Assembly (NCBI GenBank): GCA_051294905.1
Contig: CM119378.1
Location: 1,924,001-1,984,000 of the forward strand
DNA length: 60,000 nt
Reading direction: 5' to 3'
Source: Botryllus schlosseri
Lineage: Eukaryota
This document shows, piece by piece, positions 1 through 12,300 of the stretch. Made by a program: the position numbers and the translations under genes. The notes beneath the pieces were generated by a model. That model was not told the DNA's origin, ran no database searches, and worked only from the letters and a program-made list of their open reading frames with translations. The number at the start of each line of letters is the position of its first letter. Within the stretch, counting starts at the first letter, position 1.

Positions 1-3000
1 GGGTGCTTGTAATGGCGAATATACTGAGTTGTTGCTCCAGTCAATCTGCATAGATGGGCCTAGCCTATATCCACCTCTTGTAGCATTGTGTTTCCGGTAT
101 ATTTGCTGTATGCTTCTATAGTGTCGTTCGTCAAACAAATTGTTATCCAGAGCATTCTGAACTTAGTAATGGAATGGTAAAGAGTAGAGACGTCAGCCTG
201 ACCGTGATAATCGTGATATTGGAGGCGGTTTATAGCAGTATATCATCTCGTGACGCACCTTATTAGCACTGCAATTGTGCGTCCGTGGACTCATCGAATC
301 TTCCATTGATAGACGCAGAGACAGACTCTCTATTCGACAAACGTAAAAGTTAATAAAATGCACATTGAAAATGAAATTGGGTGAAATATGATATACAGAT
401 AAGCAAGCTATATGCGGGACGCAGCGTCATCAAAGCAGATTCGCCCAAGCTAAGAGCATCACACTACAGAAGTTGCTACACTCCAAACTTTGGATTGAAA
501 AACAACACAAGATATAGAAAATAATCGGAAACGAAATGAATAAAATAAGGTAGGCTATAACATATACATGGTCATTCGTCGTTGCAAATACAATATAGCT
601 GGAGTACGAGAGTAGAGAGTCAAACAAAACGCAAAAGAAAGTAAATTATGTAGTTTAAACGGCATATGCTTAGACCAATATACGTGATTGAATCATAACA
701 AATCACATCATCAACGGTGTCAACGCGAGCCGAGCTGGCAAGGTGACAGACACTGTTCCTTACCTGTCTATGAAGATTATATTCTCAAATTGGTTTTGAT
801 CCATACGCCCGAACCTGTCGTTCTGCTTACGGTATATCTCCTCAAACTCGAAATATATCCGAGTGCATGGTGATATGCTCTTAAGACTTAAGTGGTGCAT
901 GAATCGTCTTTGAATATTTCGACCATAAATTCTCAAGGTAATGTCGATATTTTTGATGATTGGAGACTTTGGAAGGGACCATTTATCAGGCTTACCTATA
1001 ATGTTACATCTGCATTAATCCTAAATAAGATTACATGATCAGTGATAAGCTGATCATGATCACACATTCACCTGGTGTGCAGGTGCAAAAGCAAGTATAG
1101 CGTGGCCGTTGCTCAAAGTGAAATAGAAGTGTATACCCGTAACTATCGGAGTATACGTTGCTATCGGAGATGAATTATATTAACTATTATGTCGACTGGA
1201 ACGTTGCCAACTCCAGAAGAAATGAAGTTATATTGACCATGGCCATATATCTAAGGAATTGATATACGTTTCTCAGTACGTACGTAAGTCAGCTAATTAT
1301 AGTGAACAGAGCGAATCGAGGTTACAGCAATACGTTTGCCACTAAATCAGCAATAAGTCTAGATATGCTAAATTGGGAATGCGTTTGATATAACGTCCGT
1401 GTTATCACAGTGTTAGTAGTAGTTTTGTATCACCCTTTCGCTCCGAAATCACTCCTCGAAAGTGGGTACATATAAATCCCCCCACTGACTGCTTGTCCAA
1501 CATAGACATGCAAAATGCGATTTTCAAAGTTCCCGTGGGCTGTTAGCAAGAAGAACTCGTTGTAGAAGTTCAAACTTACTTTTAAAGATCACTTACTTGA
1601 GTACTTTCAAATCCAAACCTTCAACGATTGCAACTTGATGTAGTTTTGTTGATGTTGCAAATCGATACTTCTAATAGCTGCTGTTGATTGAAAGTTTACA
1701 GCGTTCCTTGTGATGAAGTAGCATCATGCGAACTTGATCTAGTCAAATGAGATAATCTTCAAGTGTAAATCTCCTAGATCTTACCGTTGAAAGATGTGAG
1801 AAATTCGTAGATCCTTTCCATAATTTCGACCCCAAACTGACGCTATTCTTCCTTCTGATAAATGTGTCTCACGTAGGTCCAGATACAGTGAAAAGTCATA
1901 TTTGAGACGAGATCTACTGGTCTTCGCGTGTACAGTACCCAGCGGGTCTATTCCGCCCTGTTGTCTGTTACAGCCCACGAGATCAATGGTAATAGTTGTA
2001 AATATTCTTAAAATTTGTCTAAAACGATAAATCGATTTATGAAGTTTATTGAAAATTACTATCGACTCAGAAAAGAGGTTCTAATATTGCTTCTAGTAAA
2101 TTTGATGACTTTATGACACGCCGCTGCCTCATCCGTACGCAGTGTCAATGTGTTGTCACGCTCGGCAGTTGTCAAATACATCCATCTTCTTTCAATGTTA
2201 TTTAGGTTCATGTCCGCTTAGGGATAGCTTCAGTAATTACTAGCAAATGGTGTTTGTACCCAGCGACAGTCTTCGCAGCGATTAAATTAATTTTCCGATG
2301 GCCGGGTAAGCAAAATATGAGACGAATATCATATGTAGACTTTCCACTATCTGTAAAACTGTGCGAATATTGTCGCGTTTTTATTGTCGCAATCGAGGTA
2401 ATTTCAAGGCAGTAGATTAAGATCCAAACAGGGACTTTAGGTAAAGGGTTTGAATATTGTTCATAGTGAATTTTACGTGACGTAAATATTATATTCGTTA
2501 TGTATGTAGCTGCGATATCGCTCCTTGATGTGTTTGCATTGTAACGTATACGCTATTAATATGGGTAACAATACGAATGAGTGTGTATACATATACTTTG
2601 ACTTGCGTGATACATGAGTTGATGTCACTCACAATACTCATGTTATTTAATGCCACCATACGTCCTTTACAGCATTGACAGTCAGGCCGCTGCACAGGCA
2701 CAACTATATAAAACGCCATAAATGACGCGAAATCTGGAATCTGGACGGTCCAGCGGCTCCTTCGGGAGTCAGGCTGGAAAATGACCTGTTTTTTTATAGT
2801 CAACACAAAAGTATTTCCCGTAAAATTTTCAAATCACCCGTTTGCTATAGTCCGGTATTATAACTTTTGTGATATCATATAAGTGTCCTCTTTACCGGAA
2901 CCCAAAATATGAGAACACTAATGTTTTAACACGTCATGAACGCAGGGGCATAATACACGTTATGGTTTTTAATCTTACGAATTTAGAGTTCTTTTGAAAA

Positions 3001-4938
3001 ATTGTATTGCCAGTCTGCCCTGCGTCTTTTTGATCCAAGATCTATATTGCTTGCAGTTTTAGTTATTATATGATTATCAGAGGTTCTGTCGGCCTCTATT
3101 TCACAAATATTCAACACGATTCCATGATTTAACTATACGAAAACCGCTGAAAAGTAACATTTTCTCCGGCTATAATCCGATTATGACTATATCAGTATTA
3201 CAAGGTCACACGAGATCTATTATAAACTATACGAGAATAACCGCCGAACATCGATGCTACTTAGCCTGCTGCGTCCTGCGTTACCCCCCTACGCTATATT
3301 CACTGCTAATTATGAATTCAAATAGGAGTTGGAGTTAAAACTTGGCGTGTGGAGAGCTGATGGTATGTCTCCGTTCGTTCCATATTCTTGTCGAATTTTA
3401 TAAAGTACAGTACACTTTGTAGGTGACAAGAAGCGTATCGGAGATATTAATGCGTGCATTATACATGAAGCGCAAGACTCGACATAACGAGGAATTGCAC
3501 CTCTCACCATATTATTCGTAGTTCGTACTGCATCTCTTTGTGTGTTACTATTGTGATGTTTACAAATATAGGCATTCTACTTTCCAATTTACTGAAATGA
3601 ATTTCGAATATTGGCGTCAGCAGCGTATACAGTATTATAATTATGTGACTTCATCATTCGATGATTCCAAAATAGCGTGCTGCTAAGACATTGGTAAATC
3701 TGAATATTGATTAGTACCCTAGTACGTTTAATATCTCCCTTCTTAAAATCTCATGGGTCATTGTACGCGACGCCGCTAGCCTTATAAATGCAGAGCGGTT
3801 CGCATCGTTCACACTCACGCGCAACTACGATCTGTGTACAAATGATGGATTGTGATGGACTTATTACTATTTATGAAGTATAGATAGGTCATAGTTAGGG
3901 TGAAGGATTTCTGGCCTGTGTAGGATTGAGACACCCGGACTATGATCTCTTGATTGCCTATTGATTCTGTGTACGCTAAGTTCTCAGGAGCTTGTAAGTG
4001 TTGAGATCTTTTCAGAAGCACGTAAAGCGAAGTATGTAAGCATACCATAGTAAATCATTTGCCCACGCATGCTATAAGGATGGAATATGTACTTTATCGC
4101 TAGAACATGAATAGCTAGACAAGATTTCTAAAAATGTAGCATATAACAACTTGATAGTTAATAGCTTCTTTGTAATAATAGCCATCAAAGCAGCCAGACT
4201 CCGTGATCAAATTTGCAGCGCTTAAATATATTTTACAATGTAGAGAAATAGCGCCTCTACCGGTCGGAAATCGCATCGATCGTTGTGCCTGCATTTTATC
4301 TCTAATTCCAAGTAGAAACGTACTTTTGAGTATTTGTAAATATGGCATTGTATTATGCATTATGCAATACCGGATGCTCCGTCGTATAATTGTAGCCTAT
4401 GTCCATATTCTGTTAAATTTACAATATGTTTGTAAGTGTTGCTGTTTTTCTCACGTCTCAGCCGAGTGATACATTCAGTTAGCGCATTAGACGAATACAT
4501 CTATCAGTTGTCGAACTGCCAGGCTCTTTTAAACAGATTGGAAGTCAGTTAGATACCTTAAATCTATGATGTATATATAATGTGTCGGTGTTTTAGAATG
4601 TAACCGTCGTCAGCTGTTAATTTTGTTAGCCAATACCTCTTGATCATGAAATGATGTTACTCAAATATGCACAGAATACATGGGAGTCTTACCGATAGTA
4701 CTGGATAGCATATTTCATGTGTTGCATATACATATTCTAACGTAATAAGCATAGGACAGTCTGTTAGTCCGGATGATGCACTCAGAATGGAAGCGACATT
4801 GGCAGGATTGGATTTTGGAGTCTCGGGACAGATTTTCCGATCGCGCACAGAAGGTGACTTACGTGAAAGGTGATTTTCGCCGCTATTGCTGTATGGTAGG
4901 ATTAGCAAAGCGTACATGGTACAAGGATTTGTGTTTAT

Positions 4939-5820
4939 TAGGGATGGTTCGAACACCTGAAAGGTTCTGCTTTGTGTGATCGCTATCTTTCATAGAAAGT
5001 TGGCTATTACCACGAACGTGAACAGTGAACACGAGCCTGTGACGTCGCGTGATGTCACAATGCTTCTACCAAAGCCCAAGTTTCTGTGAGGAATAAATAT
5101 ACCAACAGAATAGTTTTCGAAGACGCAATTACATCACAGATTCATTGCGACATTCAAGCTCTATTACTGAGCGGGAATGTTGTCTCGTAATCTCACAATC
5201 TCACGACAGGCCGATTCCACACAGGGCACTTATATGTCCATTGTTCATATAGGAGGTTAAAGCTCTCATGAAAGCAATCCATTTTGTTGTTCACAACCAG
5301 AATATAGAGTCCTGTTTCATTCTGAGTTTTCGGAATAGATAACGCTGAAGATACAATTTCCATCTTAGTTTTCTGCTCCATGTTCTTTCTTAATGCTTCT
5401 ACTATAACGGGGTTTTCAAACTTTTTTGTGGGCGGTTGCGCGTACACCAGAATTTGACAAGTCGATGACTAAAATAGTCCCACTCACGGATTCATTTCCG
5501 AAGGATAATAATCTGGTTTTGTAATTTTTGCAATTTAGTTCAACACTGCCATTTCCCCGACTCCATAGAGCTAGTTCACGGACCCAGGAGGGGATATTGG
5601 ACCCCGGTTTAGGAACCTCTGCACTATATAATGTAGCGAGTGATAGAAAAGAGAGGTTGGATGGGAATCTGATCACGGATTGAATTTCTGGAAAATTATT
5701 ATTTAACAGCAAGGTTAACAGTGTAGAACCAACTGAGGCTCCTTTTTCGAACGCCAAACTCCGAAATATCGAGGTTCGAATCTACCAAACACGGACTAAA
5801 ACCGAACGTTCGCGTCACAA
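4939..5820. mobile_element. Diverged TAGGGATGG-family MITE with an unrelated internal segment
   Basis: 5' end TAGGGATGGTTCGAACACCTGAAAGGTTC; decayed 3' motif AAGGTTAACAGTGTAGAACC at about 5711. Confidence 0.6.
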
Positions 5821-7115
5821 ATAGCGTTTGTTCTGTTGTGGAAGATGATTCAACTTGAAAAAGTCACCATGATAAATGATTAATATGTCCATTCCTAAAT
5901 TTTTGAGCGAGTATTGCATTAACATTTGAATAATATGTTCAATTGCATATATTACAGTTCTGTACCTCCAATAGTCTCTTTAAATTATTATCACTTTGCA
6001 GTGCCACATAACGAATTGATTTTGGACAGGGTGTAATAACAGCGATGAAAGTGCACATATTCTCAAAATAACTTTCTTGTATTGTATAAATAACATACTG
6101 CATTTCGAGTAGAATATACATTTGATAGTGCAGTGCCTTTAACTGCACGGTATGCCGCGCCAAATGATTCAAATCAGGAGATATATTCCTCGATTTCTGC
6201 TCAGCGTGAGTCCGATGTTGTCGAAATAAATTTCTAGTCGCTAGATGGCGACAAACTTGTTTAAATGCAACACAACACACAAGTCATAACCGAACGGATA
6301 ATTCTTGAGCATGGCGTGGTCAATTTCGCGATGCTTACCGACCAAGTGCGACCAATTGTATTTTTTGTGTTGATAAACTCCCATTGAACAAAGTAATAAT
6401 ATGAGCGATCTCAAAATTAGATCGTGTTGTTGGTGATTCTTTCGATTAAACTAACCTCAATTCTTAGTGTATCTTTTGTGATACGTTTCCGACATCGTAA
6501 CTACAGACCGGCTATCACCCCAATCCATGTAAAAAGACGACCAATAATTTGAGGCCAGCGGTAGCCTATGTAACCTTTACTAACCTGACGAACCCTTGCG
6601 CCAATCTTGAAGCGTTCTGCGAACCCCAACTTTTCGCCTACTGACAAAAGAAAAATTCTACCGCATTAAACATCTTGTACATCACTATAGAATACTGCGC
6701 ACTCCTAGCGAAGACAGAACCTAACTCAGAATTATGTCGCGGTCGTAAATCCTACGTGCATTCTGACTCATATATCAGGGGTGGTACACGCACAAATGTA
6801 CTGTACATCAACAACAGTGTTAAAATGATATCAACACCTGATATGAACTTGACCGTACAGCATTTAGTTATACCATACGAGATACGTGTAAATCTTTCGT
6901 GATTTGGAATAACAACAATGCTATATATTTATGGGCGTGACTAGAATGATAATTTGCAGAGATGGAATTCAAATTTGACAACCAGTTATTATTACACCTC
7001 TCACGTATACGAAGGATATGAAATCACAGTGTATAAATCCAAAATGGTCGGGGCAAGGGAGAGAAATGTTGGCTATTTTTCTCGTGCATAACTGTTTTTA
7101 GTCTTTTGGTTATTG

Positions 7116-7443
7116 TAGGGTTACAATACGTCCTCCTTTAGGAGAATTTGTCCTCCTTTTTCAGGTTTTTGAAAATATCCTCCTTTTGGAAAATTCATCC
7201 TCCATTACAGCTTTTAGAGCTAAGAAATGGGCATGAATGACGCTAAATAGGAAATTCGTGGTTCCAACGAAAGTGAAGATCTTTTTTATTAGTCAAGCGA
7301 CTTAAAATATTAAAGAAAAAAAACTTATTTCCGGAGCTGAGCCGCAAAATTTACCATTCTTTCCGAATTTGACTCTGCTATTCTAAATCTGAAAATTTTG
7401 AAAAAGTATCCTCTTTTCCCGGTTCCGAAATGTGGTAACCCTA
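7116..7443. mobile_element. hAT (Blackjack-like) MITE
   Basis: TAGGGTTAC...GTAACCCTA; perfect TSD GGTTATTG. Confidence 0.88.
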
Positions 7444-9251
7444 GGTTATTGGTAACCTACACCTCATAAAGAATTCTACGTGAAGCTGCAACCTATTGGA
7501 GAATACCGGTATTAGAACCCAACAGTGCGAATAGATGATATCTTGCAGCATCTACATAAGACATTGCAGGGGATGAACTAAAACACGATTTATTCGCGGA
7601 AAAAATATATGCTTTCGATTGCCCCGACGTATTTATTTTTATATAAGTCCATATTTCACAGGAAATGAAAAATTTATTAGTCAAGGCCACTTGCGTTGCG
7701 CTCTTTGTGGCGAACCATGCATGTTATATCGAACGATGCATCCGCGTAACTAGCTTCGCTTAAACGGTTTGCGTGCATACTCTGAGATACGGTCTACCGG
7801 GAGGGATCTTTAAAGCAATATCTATGTTACCAACAGAAAGCCATTGAGATAATATGATTACGATAGATCATGCCCATTGATTTCAAGAAGCTTACATGAC
7901 AAATAATTCAATACTGGAGTGTTCAGTTTTATTGCTCTTCTATAGACTGCTTGGGAAAGTTAAGTTGCTACACCGTTGACATCGATTTTATCAAGATTGT
8001 GTTTTGCCTTCAATTTCTGAATGTTACTGCTGTCTGGGCTTCAGGGTAATCATGAACGAGACGAGGGTGTAGTGACAGTTTCGGCGCAGGGTCTGACCGG
8101 CTGTACTGATGAGCTAAATAAGAGGGTTGTCAAAACAACAATAATAATAAGTGTTTCCAGATATCGTAAAGGTCAATTACTGAGATATTGGCAAACGATT
8201 GTTACCAGTAATATTCCTGTAAGCAAACACACGGTGATTCCAGGTGTCCCGAATATGTAAGCTAACACCACATCGTGTATCTGTCTCAGATTATAGATTA
8301 TATTGGCATTAGAGTTGCTTATGCGCAGTAGGAGACGCTGAGTAGAGAAGTAGACATTGTACTATCGCTGTGGAATCAAAGTAACTTATCTCCATTTACC
8401 CAAGTTGGTTAGATTAAATTTATGTGAGGGTTTCATTTACGTTCGGCCGTATCTTGGGCATGATTAACTTTGAAACAATGTGATGAACACAAACACGATC
8501 AAGATATGGCGCTACAGAGGAAAATTTAACAAAATCTTGATTTTCTATAAATTTGAAAAATGGATCTCAAAATTTGGAAAATGGGTATAAGCTAATTTGA
8601 TTCCATTGCGACGATACGAATGTATTATTGTCGCTACTTACAGTTTTTAAGATACATTATCTCACCATGAAACCATTACTGCTGTAGAATCCTGTAACTT
8701 CGCTCTCGAAATTATCAATATGGGACGGCCAGTTTTAGTAGTAACATATTATATTCCGACCAATGCCAACATATAATACTTGGCATTAAAGTTCATAAAA
8801 TCAAACCTATCACAATGTCGTATAACAACCCCCGCGGTAATTGTTATATAGCGCCATGGTACTTGATTGCTACACTCTGCAGGTTGCAGAAAACAAAGCA
8901 TCTTTTACTGATTGGTAATCCATACACTCTGTCGCGCATTAATCTCTGCCACTCAAAAATCAGGAGCGCCATTATCAAATTAGTCCGCTTACAGAGCGCG
9001 CGCACATCCCCACTGCAAGGGTAGAGATCGTAACGGTCAAACTTGAGATAGAGGAATTTTGGGCGCGCCGGTAATGCAGTTCGAGGCTCGAGTGTTTGAG
9101 AGATTATCTCCTTCGAATATGTAGTTTGTTTTTACTGTCGTCAGAATCTGTGCAGTCTTATTCATTGAATGTAAGTAATCCCTTATGGAAAATCGGAAGG
9201 ATTGATTAAGATAGCAATTCGACAGAGTTTCGACTCGATGCTCGAGGCAGG

Positions 9252-9352
9252 ATGTCCATCGGCAACTGTGTCGTTGCTTCACGATGCGAAGAGGTGCGGG
9301 GGAGCCCTTCATTGAAACAGCAGCTCTATGCTGAACAGCTGACAAAAAGAAG
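9252..9352 (+). CDS. KCNA: Kv1 candidate first coding exon ([12 protein letters not shown]...LTKR)
   Basis: ATG at 9252, open to AG|GTATAG donor in phase 2, which matches the phase needed by exon 15193. No homology evidence. Confidence 0.45.
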
Positions 9353-12300
9353 GTATAGCTACCATGTCGTGGCATCACATGATATTCCAACTAATTTCAC
9401 ATTAGTTCATGATATTCATTTCGTGTTACTAACTCCCGAAAAACGGGCGTGTCCACTAAACGTTATGTAAGCTGTTAAACGTTGAGTTTTAATTAGTCAT
9501 AAATGGTGCTTTTACAATTCCCTACTCCCTCCTCTTCCCGTATTTATATACTTCCGCTTTTTTGGCTTTGCTCATCCGATCCACCATTTAATTTAATGTT
9601 TCTCATATCCCAAATCCATACCAATACATACATGGTTCTGTTGGAGAGGCAAAGTAATAAAATTGATCGCGTGCCTGATTGTACAATGTAGGTTACAACC
9701 ACATAAGCATCGTACTTAATCCTATGTCGCATTAATTCTTCAGAGCTTATCGTAGTAAGATGAATGTATCATATGAATGGATCTAAATCCTCATTTTACA
9801 AATATATATGAAAATAATGTTACTTGCACGTAGCACGGTAATGTTCATTGTTCAATCATCGCAGACTATTTTTTACCGAGAATACCAACACCAACTTATT
9901 TCAACACATCAAGTTATGGTATTCGTATTGTTCTGATGAAATGGGATAAGTGAAATATGAATTTCGTGTGCGGACGCAAAATATTTACAGATGAACGTTC
10001 CAGCAGATTGTTACTAGATTGTTTTTGCTTCGTAGGGGAAAAATTTAAACTTCGCATTTGCTTTCGCTGTCGATTACGTATGTCAAACATGCATGTATTG
10101 TACAATTTACATTGCACACGTAGAGTATAAGTGCGCTTGCGAATGGACAGACGTGAGTATCAATATGTATTTCCCGGTGCTACCTCACTGCCACAGCTAA
10201 TCCATAATTCATTGCGAAGACTCGAAATATCTCGCATATGTATTTTAGCATAAGTAACAACGGCGCAGGACCGGTTTTAAACAGCGCAAACAGTGAGTGA
10301 GAAACATAAAATGAGACGAATCCGATCCAAATGTAATTATTGATTTGCGCCGTGATGTGGTTGAAACCGCTGAGGCTTTCGACATCAACAATATTATGTT
10401 AATGCATCCTCGTTCTTACTACGCCAACGCGCACTTGGCTATGATAGGACGGGGATTATCGTTTTAAAGCTATCTCTCTCTAAATTCTCTATATTGAGTC
10501 GTCCACCTGCATAAAAATTAAATATGAGAAGAGACAGTGACCATGGACGACATACGATATACTGTTCTACTGCGCTACTGCGCGATGTTATTTTCAAGAT
10601 AATAATCAAATGATATGGTCAATATTATGGTACGCAGAATGAAGACAGAGATGTTAACGGATGCTGGAGTAATGATAACTTCTGTCCTGTCGTAGACTAT
10701 TTGCCGATATGCTATATGAAATATCCACCTCTCTCTGAGAATTGGTGGTGTTCCGAAATGAATAAGATGTATGATATAATAACAAATATATTTACCGACA
10801 CCAAAAATATTCCGATTTTCTGACAGGATAACGTATAATCTTTGCAGTCTTTGTATGAATTTTCAGTCACATGTTCGCCTAAAATATCGGGTCTGAAGCT
10901 TTGGTGATCAGGCTTATAGCGTGATGCTTATACATTGCAAATAGAGCTGTACTGTACATTGATAGAAACCCACCGTATTGAAATAGGTTGCAATTTGACC
11001 ATGCCACACAATGAAAGAACGACAGTTGAGCATTTGACACTTTAGCATGCGTAACTTGAAGATGTGACTCTATAATCCATGACCAACCCTAACCCAAACG
11101 TTAATCCTGAAATTAACCCTCATATGTATGCTAATTCTGGGCCTGTAATGACACAAGACATGACTCGACTCGAGTCGCGATATTTAGTTGACTCGACTTG
11201 ACTATATAGTCATTTTTTAATATACGGAAAACGACACGACTCGAGGCAATTTGTGTATTGAATCGACATGCACTCATTTGTCGCTTGTTATTTGACTCGA
11301 GACTCGGCGTTCAAGACAGGCATTTCATTAGCTCGGATAGTATAAGCTACCACGATATTGGACTTTCGTCTAACAACATGCTGGTGTTTGTGTAAAGCGA
11401 ATGAAATAAGTATGTTGTGAATGCGAAACATTCAATATCACCCAAGAAAAGTTGTGAAAGATCAGTTGAACCGGATTGAGCTCGAAAATGAACAGTGACA
11501 ACAATTACCACGACCCGGACTCAGACTCGGGCCTGACTCGAAGCAAAAATACAATCTACAATCCTCGCTAACCCCAACCCTATCCCGAAATTTAATCTAC
11601 ATGCTCAAGTATCGCATGCCCAATCGCTATTATGCTGATTGCTCAATGCTCATATGTCTACAGACCGTGGTGTGATACTTCAAAGTATCGATGCCTTACA
11701 GTTACACAACTTATTAACTGCAACGGGCAGAATTGGTGGTGTTCCGAAATCTATAGGGCCATAAATGCTTTCCCTCAGCAACAGCATTCGCACTTAACTT
11801 GGAAGAAATATTTTCTGCATTATTTGCATTCGTTTACCTAAGAGGCGGCCAACTTCTCCAGTCGGCGGGCCGGATATGAGAAAATTAAGTATTTGGCGGG
11901 CCGGATTCCTCAATCAATACATTAATCGCGTATTTATCCACCTATACAAGGAATAAATGGCATTTAATGTAAACTTCAAGTTTAGACCATAAGCATAAGG
12001 CAAAACGCAGCATTTCATGACATTAATAATGTAATGTACTTCAATAGCTGTTGAGACATCTGTGGTCGATTTAAGTTGTCAACAAGTTGTTTTAACTATG
12101 GATCCATGTCAGACGTAGAGGCCCTTAGTAAAGACTGCATATAAGCATCGCAGTTTATTGGGACACATCTTTGTCTTGTTAATGTTCATCATCGAAAATA
12201 TTTGCTCGTGAATGTATGTAGACCCGAACAAAACAAGTAGTTTCAAGGCAATCTTTCTCGCGTTGGCAAATTTGGATTCATTAAGTGACGCAAAAAGTTG

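Noticed and set aside
10738..11750. Identical 22-mer AGAATTGGTGGTGTTCCGAAAT about 1 kb apart
   Set aside because: Too short and without a shared flank to call LTRs; probably fragments of a dispersed repeat.
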